The translations under genes were made by a program, and so were the position numbers. The notes beneath the pieces are model-generated. The model was not told the DNA's origin. It did no database searches and saw only the letters and a program-made list of their open reading frames with translations. 64,000 nt of DNA from Methanothrix sp. (GTDB lineage Archaea > Halobacteriota > Methanosarcinia > Methanotrichales > Methanotrichaceae), in contig OY821645.1 in assembly GCA_963682135.1 (NCBI GenBank), positions 1,824,001 through 1,888,000 of the forward strand. The letters are read 5' to 3'. The first letter of the stretch is position 1; each line of letters opens with the position of its first letter. This document shows, piece after piece, positions 1-10,056 of this stretch.

Positions 1-409
1 CCATCTTATCGAGCATTTGGTCCTGTTTGCCAAGCATTTGTTCCTGCTTCTCTAACATGGTCTCCTGCAATTTCTTTATCCTAATAATTGATTCAATGCC
101 CTTGCCGACCTGGAGAGATTGAATTTGGAAAGCAAATCGGGATATGCTTTCTACGCGATCTTGATAATTCTCAAAGGCTACGTCGGCGACCTTCGCGGCT
201 TTTGGCTGCTGGGTTTTTACAGTTTCAAGGAATTCCTGGATCTGGCAATCATCTCCCTCCACAAGGATTTGCACGGATTGCTTTCCATTCGATCTAAGAT
301 TGCGCGCCGAGAAACCTTTCAGTCCAATATTATCCGCATTGTTGAGCAGGAAATAGCGATATCCTACATTGTGGACCTTAGGACCATGAATCATGATTTT
401 GAGTTTCAT
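1..409 (-). CDS. Acylphosphatase-like domain + coiled-coil protein, 3' end outside window
   Basis: Not in the ORF track (no stop in window). Manual translation from ATG at 409 gives MKLKIMIHGPKVHNVGYRYFLLNNADNIGLKGFSARN...MLEKQEQMLGKQDQMLDKM. Clear paralog of 57290-57754. Confidence 0.8.
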   Translation of the reverse strand, partial: MKLKIMIHGPKVHNVGYRYFLLNNADNIGLKGFSARNLRSNGKQSVQILVEGDDCQIQEFLETVKTQQPKAAKVADVAFENYQDRVESISRFAFQIQSLQVGKGIESIIRIKKLQETMLEKQEQMLGKQDQMLDKM

Positions 410-501
410 CCACGGGTAAGGTCTGCGCTATAAATATTAAAGGTTAATTCATCATGCAAAGGTTTATTATGGTGGCAATAAATTAGCCGTCGGAAAATCA
501 G

Positions 502-1293
502 GTGCATAAGTTGCTGACCGCAAATCACATTCATGATCTTTACAGGTACCGCGATCTGATTCTGCGCGTAGCCTGGAGTGACTTCAAGCTGCGCTACAAG
601 AACTCTGCACTGGGATTCTTATGGTCTCTCTTAGACCCGCTGCTCATGCTCGTAGTCCTTTATGTCGTATTCACAAACCTCATGCGCATTCAGGTAGAGC
701 ACTACCAGCTCTTCCTTCTGCTGGGAATAATCCTCTGGAACTTTCTGGACAGAGGAACGTCCTTAAGCATATGGGGCATTGTGGGAAAGCCAAGCCTGGT
801 GCAAAAGGTCTACTTCCCCCGGGATATTCTCGTCATATCCACCTGCATCATGGCGCTCATGATGACGGCGCTGGAGTTCGTAGTATTCGTAATATTCATG
901 GCCGTCTTTAGAGTTGTGCCCGGTATGACTCTGGCCTACTTTCCCCTCATATTTGCATGCCTTTTTCTCATCACCCTGGGATTGTCTCTGGCCCTGGCCG
1001 CCTTGAATGTCTACTTCAGAGATGTGCAATTCATCTGGAAAGTGATTGTGCAGATCGGCTTCTTTGCCACGCCAATTATATATCCGATCACCATATTTCC
1101 GGAGAATGTGCGCTGGATGGTAATGATCAATCCCATGGCCCAGATAATAACGATGATGCGCGACTGCGTGCTCTACCAAACGGGGCCTCAGCTTCTGAGT
1201 CTGGCCTATCTGGCCGTATGCTCTGTGCTGGTGCTTTTCGTAGGCTACCTGATCTTCGATCGACTGGAGCCCAAATTTGCCGAGGTGATCTAG
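502..1293 (+). CDS. wzm: ABC-2 type polysaccharide exporter permease (Wzm/RfbA)
   Basis: DFKLRYKNSALGFLWSLLDPL, RDVQFI, FFATPIIYP and NPMAQII motifs; about 6 TM segments; directly upstream of the ATPase. Confidence 0.93.
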   Translation: MHKLLTANHIHDLYRYRDLILRVAWSDFKLRYKNSALGFLWSLLDPLLMLVVLYVVFTNLMRIQVEHYQLFLLLGIILWNFLDRGTSLSIWGIVGKPSLVQKVYFPRDILVISTCIMALMMTALEFVVFVIFMAVFRVVPGMTLAYFPLIFACLFLITLGLSLALAALNVYFRDVQFIWKVIVQIGFFATPIIYPITIFPENVRWMVMINPMAQIITMMRDCVLYQTGPQLLSLAYLAVCSVLVLFVGYLIFDRLEPKFAEVI

Positions 1294-1294
1294 G

Positions 1295-2494
1295 ATGACG
1301 GTAGAGGTGGAGCACATCTGGAAGACCTTCCAGATCCCCCATGAGAAAAGGACCACGTTCTTTGAGAACCTGATGGGTTTGATGAGGCCCAACAATTATG
1401 AGACATTCTCCGTATTAAAGGACATCAGCTTCCAGGTGGAAGCGGGTGAATGCGTGGGCATAATCGGAGACAACGGCTCAGGCAAGAGCACGCTGCTCAA
1501 AATCATAGCCAATATTTTGCGGGCATCCAAGGGAACGGTCCGGGTTAAAGGCAAGATGACGCCCTTTTTGGAATTAGGAGTGGGCTTTCATCCCGATATG
1601 ACGGCCCGGGAAAATATTGGCGTTTATGGCACCATTATGGGTCTATCCAGAAGAGAGATCAATGAGAGGATCGATGATGTGATCGATTTTGCGGGCCTGC
1701 ACAAATTTGAGGATACGAAGCTGAAGAATCTCTCTTCCGGAATGCAGGTGCGTCTGGCCTTCTCCACCGCTATTCAGACCAATCCGGATGTTCTCTTGGT
1801 GGACGAGGTGCTGGCTGTGGGGGACATGGAGTTTCAGCAGAAGTGCTTTGATGTCTTCAACCGCTACCGCAAGGAAGGTGTGACGATTCTATTCGTCTCG
1901 CATGATCTGGGTGCCGTTAGAAGGTTTTGTGATAGGACGCTGCTCCTGGGTGGCGGCGAGCAGAGAGCGTTTGGGGAGACGGGCGAGATTCTGGACAGGT
2001 ATGTTTATGGTGAAAATGAGACGAGCCGAGAAGGCAAAGATGTGGCGGAGAAAGGGGCAGATCCTGCTGAGCCCAAACGGTGGGGCGACAAAAAGGTATC
2101 GATAACCGATGTTAAGTTCCTTGACAAATTCGGCAGGGAAAGCAGCAGATTTTCTTCCTTTGACACCATGACAATCAGGATATTCTACCGCGCACCGGCT
2201 ATTATTCGCGATCCCGTATTTGGAATTGCCCTGTACTCAGAGCAGGAGCAATATCTTTACGGCACTAATACTGAGCTGAAAAATATTGCTATCGACAAAA
2301 TTGAGGGCGACGGACATATCGATCTGTTGATAGAGACGATACCCATGCTATCCGGCCGTTTCCTGCTCACCGTGGCGGTGCACCCCCACGAAGGCAAAGC
2401 TTATGATTGGATAGATAAGCAATACTCCTTTGAAGTATTGCCAAAGGGACGGGACGCTGGAATCTTCGAGGTTCCCTGCAAATGGGTTACATAA
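1295..2494 (+). CDS. wzt: Polysaccharide ABC exporter ATPase with C-terminal Wzt_C carbohydrate-binding domain
   Basis: Walker A GDNGSGKST, signature LSSGMQVRLAF, DEVLAVGD, VSHD; ~150-aa C-terminal extension (RWGD...PVFGIAL...GRFLLTVAV). Confidence 0.93.
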   Translation: MTVEVEHIWKTFQIPHEKRTTFFENLMGLMRPNNYETFSVLKDISFQVEAGECVGIIGDNGSGKSTLLKIIANILRASKGTVRVKGKMTPFLELGVGFHPDMTARENIGVYGTIMGLSRREINERIDDVIDFAGLHKFEDTKLKNLSSGMQVRLAFSTAIQTNPDVLLVDEVLAVGDMEFQQKCFDVFNRYRKEGVTILFVSHDLGAVRRFCDRTLLLGGGEQRAFGETGEILDRYVYGENETSREGKDVAEKGADPAEPKRWGDKKVSITDVKFLDKFGRESSRFSSFDTMTIRIFYRAPAIIRDPVFGIALYSEQEQYLYGTNTELKNIAIDKIEGDGHIDLLIETIPMLSGRFLLTVAVHPHEGKAYDWIDKQYSFEVLPKGRDAGIFEVPCKWVT

Positions 2495-2500
2495 CTGAGG

Positions 2501-3874
2501 GTGTTCGTGTTGGATACATTCGAGATTCACGATGATGAGATAAATGTTGAAGAGATAATGCAGAAGATCAGGGAAAATATAAAGAGACGAAAGGAATCGG
2601 GCGCTTATCCGGATGTTGAGCCGCATATTTTTGACCAGACTGAAGAACAGGTGAGTCTCTGCCGGCAAACAAAGCAAGTTGCAGATATAAAGAAGAGCGA
2701 TTTGTTCATCTGTGAAGATGGGATGAAAAGGGATCTCGACTATATCAATTCTAACTGGGATATTCAGAATAATAGCTATTTTATCAGCTCTCATCGGCCC
2801 CATACAGGGAAGTTCCTCATAAAAGGCAGAGAGCTGGTACATGGGGAAGTCAAACGCTATGTTGATCCCATGATTTGGAAGCAAAAAGAGTTCAATGCAA
2901 GCGTAGTGAGGACCCTGAACGAGACCACGAAAAAGATATCAGAGATCTCACAGAGGACGATTGAGCTGGAAAGCACTTCCATAAAAAAAATCAGATCAGA
3001 GATTGGCGACAAGGTAGACGAGCAGATCGGTCTCGTAAGGTCTGAGATCAACAATGAGATCTCAACTCAAGTAAGAGCCATCGTGGCATCCATGAATCAA
3101 GAGATCGAGAACAAAGCATGGCTGGCAAATATACTTGATAAAAAGATTGGGGAATATCAGAATATCGAGACATCAGCGCCAATGCCGGAATTGGAGCTCA
3201 ATTATTTTCTCTTTGAGGAAAGATTTCGCGGCAGCAGAGCAGACATAAAACAACGGCAAACGGCTTTTCTGCATTACTTCGTGGGCTGCAAGAAAGTCCT
3301 GGATATAGGGTGTGGTCGCGGAGAATTCCTGGAGTTATTGCTGGAGAATGGTATCGGTGGACATGGCATAGATGTAGATGGAAATATGATAGATTTCTGC
3401 AAATCAAAAGGCTTGAATGCCGAGAAGATCGATGCCATATCTTATCTCGAAAAAATCGAGGATAAAAGCTTGGATGGTATACTCATAGATCAGGTAGTAG
3501 AACATCTGGAGCCCGATTACCTGATAAAGATGCTGCAGTTATGTTATAAAAAGCTCAATTTTGGATACCATATGCTTATTGAGACTGTGAACCCGTTATC
3601 ATTAGTATCATTTGTCAATTTTTATTTAGATATGGGCCATAAAAAACCAATTCACCCAGAAACGTTGAAGTTTTTAATGGCGTCGGTGAATTTTAGAGAG
3701 ATCGATACGAGGTTCTTTTCACCAATTCTAGATGAAATGAAGCTGAGGAAGATCAATATTGAAGGCGTTGAGGAAAATGATAAGCATTTGATGGATGTTT
3801 ATAACCACAACATCGATCTGCTAAATGATCTCCTTTATGGGGCCCAAGATTACGTAGTTATAGGGAAGAAATGA
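2501..3874 (+). CDS. Coiled-coil + class I SAM-dependent methyltransferase, putative glycan chain terminator/cap methylase
   Basis: VLDIGCGRGEF, QVVEHL, ETVNP; helical coiled-coil N-terminal half; 6 bp after wzt. Confidence 0.8.
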   Translation: MFVLDTFEIHDDEINVEEIMQKIRENIKRRKESGAYPDVEPHIFDQTEEQVSLCRQTKQVADIKKSDLFICEDGMKRDLDYINSNWDIQNNSYFISSHRPHTGKFLIKGRELVHGEVKRYVDPMIWKQKEFNASVVRTLNETTKKISEISQRTIELESTSIKKIRSEIGDKVDEQIGLVRSEINNEISTQVRAIVASMNQEIENKAWLANILDKKIGEYQNIETSAPMPELELNYFLFEERFRGSRADIKQRQTAFLHYFVGCKKVLDIGCGRGEFLELLLENGIGGHGIDVDGNMIDFCKSKGLNAEKIDAISYLEKIEDKSLDGILIDQVVEHLEPDYLIKMLQLCYKKLNFGYHMLIETVNPLSLVSFVNFYLDMGHKKPIHPETLKFLMASVNFREIDTRFFSPILDEMKLRKINIEGVEENDKHLMDVYNHNIDLLNDLLYGAQDYVVIGKK

Positions 3875-3908
3875 CCTTACACACTTATAATTTAAAGGAT
3901 TGCAAAAC

Positions 3909-6269
3909 ATGAAGATTGCCGTAGTAGGCCCCAGCCCAGTTCCTTATGCATACGGTGGAGCAGAGAGCTTATTTTGGACGCTGGCAGAGAGCATAAATGA
4001 TCTTACGGAGCACAATGCGGAACTAATAAAACTGCCGGTGAAAGAGCAAAACTTCTGGGATCTTATTGATTCATATCATAGCTTTTATCGTCTAGACCTT
4101 TCGCACTTTGACATGATCATCTCGACCAAATATCCGGCATGGATGGTGCAACATAAGAATCATATTATTTATCTTCAACATCATCTGAGAGGCTTGTTCG
4201 ATACGTATCACTTCTGCAATGAACCTGATCAAATTCCGGAAATATTAAAAAAAGAACTTGTGGAAGAGATACTCATTACTATCAAAAATCCTGAAGCAAA
4301 AATTGAGTCCGTATTCAGCATGTTGGACGAACTAAAGGGAAATAGCACATCATATGATCCAACCACTTTTAAATTTCCAGGACCGTTTATAAGAGAGATT
4401 GTACATTATTTTGATTCATATGCACTTTCTCCAAAGAGAATCCGCAAATACTTCTGTATATCTAGCAATGTGAAGACAAGAGTGGATTATTTTCCACCCG
4501 GTGTGAGTGTCGAAGCCATACCACATCCATCCAAGCTTGAGGGTTTACGAAGCAGAGAGTATGACTACATTTTCACTGCAAGCAGGATTGATGGTCCCAA
4601 AAGAATAAAAACTATGGTCGAAGCTATGAAGTATGTACCTCATGATATTCAGTTCAATATCGCAGGCACTGGACCCGATGAGATCGCGCTCAAAGAGATG
4701 GCAAAAGAGGACAATAGGATCAAATTTTTAGGCTTCGTAAATGAAAGGGACCTTGTAGATCTCTATTCTAACGCCCTTGCAGTTCTTTACATCCCCTATG
4801 ATGAAGATTATGGCCTGATCACTTTTGAGGCCATGAAGAGCAAGAAACCATTGATCACTGCATGCGATAGTGGTGGTCCCCTAGAGTTCGTGAAGGATTC
4901 CGTGACGGGATACGTAGTGCCCCCAGATCCAAAGATGCTGGCGGCGAAGATCAATCATTTTATAGAGCATCCGGAAGAGGCAAGGACGCTAGGCTCAAAG
5001 GGCTTCCAAGCTGTGCAAGATATCACATGGGAAAGGTTAGTTGCCAAATTGCTTGACACAAATATCGTTAAGCCTCATGGGAGGCCAAGAATTCTTGTTC
5101 TTTGTACTTATTCGTGTTATCCTCCGAGAGGTGGGGGACAGCACAGATTGTATAACCTGTACTCTCTATTGGCTAGAAATTTTGATGTGACGATATGCTC
5201 GATCATAGAAGCTAACAAACCATACCAGAACCTTCTCCTGGTGAATGGCATGAGGCAGATCTGCGTTCCCCAGGCAAGAGAGCATGCGCAAGCTCAGTGG
5301 GAAACAGAAAGGAAAAACGGGCTAAACCTCTACGATGTCTGCATGATAGACCTTATAGATAAGTCCAAGGACTATGTGCAAATAGCCAGGAATTTGATTG
5401 ATGAATCGGATATAATAATTTTTTCGCATCCATATCTCTTTAGATTGAGCAAGTATGTAGAGAAGAACAAGCGAATAGTTTATGAGTCACATAACATAGA
5501 ATATTTATTGAAAAAGGATTATATCCAAAACCAGGTTATTTCAGAGAAAATAAGGGAGATCGAGAAACAGGCATGCATAAAATCGGATATAATCCTCACG
5601 ACTTCAGAAGAGGATAAATCAGGCCTTGTTGACATTTATTCAGCCAATTCCAAGAAAATAATCGTGGCACCCAATGGCGTAGATACAAACAAGATCTTGT
5701 TTATAGATGATGACGAAAAGATAAAAACCAAGTCAATCGCAGGATTGCATTATAGTACCATCCTTTTCGTCGGCAGTTGGCACCCACCAAACCTGGAAGC
5801 ATTGGAGTTTATAGTCGATAAACTTGCAAAAAAGCTAGATGATTGCGTCATACTGGTTGTTGGCAGCGTGCGAGATTACTATCTTCAGAAGCATAAGGCC
5901 ATGCCAAAGAACGTTATGGCCTTAGGAACTGTCGATGAAGAGGAAAAATATGAGATTTATAAGCTGGCAGATATTGCAGTAAATCCCATGTTCTCGGGAT
6001 CTGGAACAAACCTTAAGATGCTCGACTACATGAGCGCAGGCATACCTGTAATTAGCACAGAGATCGGGGCGAGGGGATTGAGGGCCTCGGATTCCAGGCA
6101 TATGTTGATATGTGCCCCAGACCAAATTTATGAAAAAATCAGGAATCTCCAGGCAAATAAGGATTTGAGGGACAATCTGAGGAGGTCCGCAAGAGCTCAT
6201 GTAGAGGAAAGCTATTCTTGGGAAAAAATTGCGAAAAATGTCGAAGAGACATTACAAAAGCTAGTGTGA
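3909..6269 (+). CDS. Double-domain GT4 glycosyltransferase
   Basis: Two GT-B units: GGAE...EDYGLITFEAM, and GGGQHR...SGTNLKMLDYMSAGIPVIST. ATG 3909 preferred over TTG 3900. Confidence 0.9.
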   Translation: MKIAVVGPSPVPYAYGGAESLFWTLAESINDLTEHNAELIKLPVKEQNFWDLIDSYHSFYRLDLSHFDMIISTKYPAWMVQHKNHIIYLQHHLRGLFDTYHFCNEPDQIPEILKKELVEEILITIKNPEAKIESVFSMLDELKGNSTSYDPTTFKFPGPFIREIVHYFDSYALSPKRIRKYFCISSNVKTRVDYFPPGVSVEAIPHPSKLEGLRSREYDYIFTASRIDGPKRIKTMVEAMKYVPHDIQFNIAGTGPDEIALKEMAKEDNRIKFLGFVNERDLVDLYSNALAVLYIPYDEDYGLITFEAMKSKKPLITACDSGGPLEFVKDSVTGYVVPPDPKMLAAKINHFIEHPEEARTLGSKGFQAVQDITWERLVAKLLDTNIVKPHGRPRILVLCTYSCYPPRGGGQHRLYNLYSLLARNFDVTICSIIEANKPYQNLLLVNGMRQICVPQAREHAQAQWETERKNGLNLYDVCMIDLIDKSKDYVQIARNLIDESDIIIFSHPYLFRLSKYVEKNKRIVYESHNIEYLLKKDYIQNQVISEKIREIEKQACIKSDIILTTSEEDKSGLVDIYSANSKKIIVAPNGVDTNKILFIDDDEKIKTKSIAGLHYSTILFVGSWHPPNLEALEFIVDKLAKKLDDCVILVVGSVRDYYLQKHKAMPKNVMALGTVDEEEKYEIYKLADIAVNPMFSGSGTNLKMLDYMSAGIPVISTEIGARGLRASDSRHMLICAPDQIYEKIRNLQANKDLRDNLRRSARAHVEESYSWEKIAKNVEETLQKLV

Positions 6270-6273
6270 TACC

Positions 6274-7437
6274 ATGAGAGTTGCCTTTATTGTGCCGCGC
6301 TACGGAGAAGATATCGTTGGCGGAGCAGAATACTATGCGCGAATGGTGGCAGAACACCTAAATGATGAACATACTATTGAGGTTCTTACCACATGTGCCA
6401 GGGATTATCTCACCTGGAAGAACGAATATAAACCCGGCACAGAATCAGTCAACGGTGTGATAGTAAGGCGCTTCAAGACAGATCGAGAAAGGGTACTCTC
6501 AAGGCATACAGAGATAGAACAAAAAGTGTTCTATAATAATGCGCATGGAAAGGATGACGAACTCAGGTGGATTGATGAACAAGGACCGCATTCATCAGGT
6601 TTAATTAAGTATATTAAATCCCAAAAAAATAATTATGATGGCTTTATCTTTTTTACATTCAGGTACTTCCTGAGCTATTACGGCATCATGGAAGTGGGCA
6701 CAAAATCATTAATTGCCCCGTTTGCTGAGAACGATCCGGCACTGAATCTTTCGACAACTCAGGAGATGTTTAATAATGTTGGCGGGATCATATACAGCAC
6801 CCCAGAGGAGAGACAGCTGATTTTAAACAAGGTCGATTTCAAAGACGGTGAGAAATTCTGGGACCTAATAGGCTTCGGTATTGAGATTCATGCTGACTGT
6901 AATGAAGTGGACGAATTAAAAAATGAGAATTATATTATATACCTTGGGAGGATCGACGGCTCTAAAGGGTGCTATACTCTTTTCGAATACTACCAGAAGG
7001 CCGCAAGAGAATTGAGTACTATGCCAAATCTGATTCTGGTGGGCCATAAGGGAATAGATATACCAAAGCATAAAAAGATCAAGAATATTGGCTTTGTATC
7101 AGAGGAAAAGAAGTTCTCATTGCTAATGAATTCGAAATTCCTGATCATGCCTTCCCCTTATGAAAGCCTCTCAATCGTTACCCTGGAAGCCATGGCCTGC
7201 AAAACTCCCGTTCTGGTAAATGGGGAATGCGCGGTCTTAAAGGGACATTGCAAGAGAAGCAATGCGGGATTATGGTACAATGATTATGATGAGTTTATGG
7301 AATGCTCGAGATTACTCGCCTCAAATGACGAGCTTAGGAAACAGATGGGAAGGAATGGGGAGCGATATGTTAATGAAAATTATAACTGGGTGGACCTCAA
7401 AAGGAAATATTCTAATCTACTGGAAAAAATTAAATGA
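6274..7437 (+). CDS. GT4 glycosyltransferase
   Basis: GGAEYYAR, YLGRIDGSKG, PSPYESLSIVTLEAMACKTPV. Confidence 0.92.
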   Translation: MRVAFIVPRYGEDIVGGAEYYARMVAEHLNDEHTIEVLTTCARDYLTWKNEYKPGTESVNGVIVRRFKTDRERVLSRHTEIEQKVFYNNAHGKDDELRWIDEQGPHSSGLIKYIKSQKNNYDGFIFFTFRYFLSYYGIMEVGTKSLIAPFAENDPALNLSTTQEMFNNVGGIIYSTPEERQLILNKVDFKDGEKFWDLIGFGIEIHADCNEVDELKNENYIIYLGRIDGSKGCYTLFEYYQKAARELSTMPNLILVGHKGIDIPKHKKIKNIGFVSEEKKFSLLMNSKFLIMPSPYESLSIVTLEAMACKTPVLVNGECAVLKGHCKRSNAGLWYNDYDEFMECSRLLASNDELRKQMGRNGERYVNENYNWVDLKRKYSNLLEKIK

Positions 7438-7657
7438 AAGGGCGACGTACCCTGCAGCAAGCATCAACAGTGCGACGACTTGAAAAGAATCTGTTATCGG
7501 TGGGTAAGTCGTTTGGCATTACGAAGAGTTTATTTATTCGAAATGCCCGATGCTTGCATCGATGTACTCTGCCGTTTGATCCCGGCGTTGGCAATGACTT
7601 AGGTGAAACAATTATCTGCAAAGCCAGAACAACACGCGAAACGAGGGAAGTCATAAG

Positions 7658-9847
7658 ATGAATTGCTCTAATAAATATTATAATATAATAGCAGCTTACG
7701 TTCTTGCTATCACTCTGAGCCTGGCTATTTTGACTTGGATAATGCAACTTTGGAGAGCAGACTTATCTATTCCTTTTTATCAAGACTGGGATGCAAATTT
7801 TTTCCAGATGACAATCAAAGGCATGATGGACAATGGCTGGTACCAATCAAACGTTTTTCTTGGAGCGCCTGAAAGCCAATATCTGTATGATTTCCCCTTT
7901 GCGTCGAACTTAGACATGATATTAATAAAATTAATCTCCCTTTTTGTCTCCACCTATCCATTAATCCTCAATATCTACTTATTGATTACGTTTCCTCTTA
8001 TAACCATCACATCCATGATCTGCTTCAGGCAGTTTAAGATTCCATATTCTCTCTCCATCATGGGAGGAGTGCTTTACACCTTTATGCCATATCACTTTCT
8101 ACGGATTGGAGCTAGCCACCTGAATCTAGTAGGTTATTACATAATACCACTCGTAATCCTGGTCATCCTTTGGATCAACGAAGGCAAATCCCTGATCTTC
8201 TCAAGAATTGATGGCAAAATAACGCTGGACATAATAAATAAAAGATCTTTTGCTTGCATTATTATTTGTATATTAGTTTCAACCTCATGTATTTATTATT
8301 CTTTTTTTACATGTTTCTTGTTGCTGATATCTGGCTTAGTCCTTTTTCTATCTCATAAAGATAGACTCCCATTGCTTATATCTGGCGTGCTTATTGCGAT
8401 AATCGTCATAGGCGTCTTTGTCAACAATGCTCCCACATTGGTATATCAACAGGAATATGGCAAGAACCCGATAGTAGCGGTTCGCAGTCCGGGTGGATCT
8501 GAATATTATGGATTAAAGATTACCAAGCTTCTCTTGCCTCTTGGCGGTCACAGGATACCGCTGCTGGCAGATGTTAGCCAGAGATACGGGAGCACAACGC
8601 TTCTGCCTAATTCGGGTAGTGAGACCTTGGGGGGATTAGGAGCTATCGGTTTCCTGGCCTTGATTCTATGGTCGTTCTCCCGAATAGCAAGTGAATGTGG
8701 GGCTAAATTGAGCGACCGGGAGAAGGATCTGAACGGATTAGGTATCTTGAACCTTTCATCCTTATTGCTAGGTACCCTAGGTGGGTTTGGATCTGTCTTC
8801 GCCTATCTTGTGTCCCCCCAGATAAGAGATTACTCCCGGATCAGTATTTTTATGGCCTTTTTTTCGATATTTGCTCTCCTAATACTATTAGATGCATCTG
8901 CAAATAAGTATGCTAGGAGCAAACGCATCAGGTTCCTTTTCAGGGGGTTACTAGTCATTTTCTTGATTGCAGGTGTAATGGATCAGACCACTGTATATTT
9001 CGTTCCTCCATACAACTCTACAAAAGCTGAATTTGTCAGCGATGGAGATTTTATAAAGACGATCGAAAGGATGATGCCAGAAGGCGCCATGATTTTTCAG
9101 CTTCCTTATGTACCCTTTCCAGAAAACCCTCCTGTCAATAAAATGATTGATTATTCGCATCTTAAAGGATACCTGCACTCGGAAAAGTTGAGATGGAGTT
9201 ATGGAACGATGAAGGGAAGGCCAATGGATGCATGGCAAGGAATGGTAGCAGGCATGCCTGTTGGCGATATGCTCAAGACGCTGTCTGAAACGGGCTTTAA
9301 AGGTATTTATATAGATAGCTATGGCTATCAGGACGGGGGGTCTAAATTGATATCCGATATCATGCAGATCCTCGGTGCCGAGCCCTTAATTAGTGATAAT
9401 AAACGGCTATACTTTTTCGATATGACATTGTACAATAAGAAAATCAAAGCCGAATCATCTAAAAATGGAGAGATCGCTGTAGCATTTAGTTCCGACTGGT
9501 ATGGTATAGAAGACTGGTCCGGCGTCCCAACACGCTGGATGCAAGCTGATGCAACGCTATTTGCATTTTCACCCGAAAATCGTACGACTACCTTGAGCCT
9601 CCAGACACTCAGCTTCTATCTTCCCAGGACACTAGAGATCTACAATGGCGACGATCTGGTAGCACAGGTGGCTGTACCCATAAGTCTCATCAACGTGAGT
9701 AAGCTCATCCACCTGTCGAAAGGAGCAAACACCGTGCGGTTTCACGTACCGGAGGGCTGCGATAGGCCGAACGATATCATAGGGCTAAATAATAAAGATA
9801 CCAGATGTTTGAGCGTAGCCGTGCAGAATCTCAGTGTAGAGGCTTAA
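7658..9847 (+). CDS. Multi-pass membrane protein with C-terminal extracytoplasmic domains; probable GT-C-fold (YfhO-like) polyprenol-phosphate sugar transferase
   Basis: More than 10 hydrophobic segments; acidic loop after TM1 (QDWD); YTFMPYHF; IFQLPYVPFPE; C-terminal beta-sandwich (WYGIEDW...RWM); located in the glycan locus. Confidence 0.55.
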   Translation: MNCSNKYYNIIAAYVLAITLSLAILTWIMQLWRADLSIPFYQDWDANFFQMTIKGMMDNGWYQSNVFLGAPESQYLYDFPFASNLDMILIKLISLFVSTYPLILNIYLLITFPLITITSMICFRQFKIPYSLSIMGGVLYTFMPYHFLRIGASHLNLVGYYIIPLVILVILWINEGKSLIFSRIDGKITLDIINKRSFACIIICILVSTSCIYYSFFTCFLLLISGLVLFLSHKDRLPLLISGVLIAIIVIGVFVNNAPTLVYQQEYGKNPIVAVRSPGGSEYYGLKITKLLLPLGGHRIPLLADVSQRYGSTTLLPNSGSETLGGLGAIGFLALILWSFSRIASECGAKLSDREKDLNGLGILNLSSLLLGTLGGFGSVFAYLVSPQIRDYSRISIFMAFFSIFALLILLDASANKYARSKRIRFLFRGLLVIFLIAGVMDQTTVYFVPPYNSTKAEFVSDGDFIKTIERMMPEGAMIFQLPYVPFPENPPVNKMIDYSHLKGYLHSEKLRWSYGTMKGRPMDAWQGMVAGMPVGDMLKTLSETGFKGIYIDSYGYQDGGSKLISDIMQILGAEPLISDNKRLYFFDMTLYNKKIKAESSKNGEIAVAFSSDWYGIEDWSGVPTRWMQADATLFAFSPENRTTTLSLQTLSFYLPRTLEIYNGDDLVAQVAVPISLINVSKLIHLSKGANTVRFHVPEGCDRPNDIIGLNNKDTRCLSVAVQNLSVEA

Positions 9848-10056
9848 TTCGTCATGATCAAGTTGATCCCAATGATGCTTGAATAACAAATGCATCATTA
9901 TTTATAAAATCAAGGAGAAAGAAAATACTGGGCAATTCCAGTCCATCCGTGAAGATAAGATGATGACGTTGTTGAATTTTGCAGTGGTGAGAAATTTTGT
10001 TTGGTCGCATGACCATGGTTTCATAAGGCGGACACCACAAAACGTAATAGATTCAT

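Noticed and set aside
88-433. Plus-strand ORFs 88-297 and 119-433
   Set aside because: Shadows of the minus-strand acylphosphatase-like gene, which has a clear paralog in the window.
7430-7747. Short ORFs between GT4 and the membrane protein
   Set aside because: No recognisable motif; 7434-7661 overlaps both neighbours like an operon gene but cannot be supported further.
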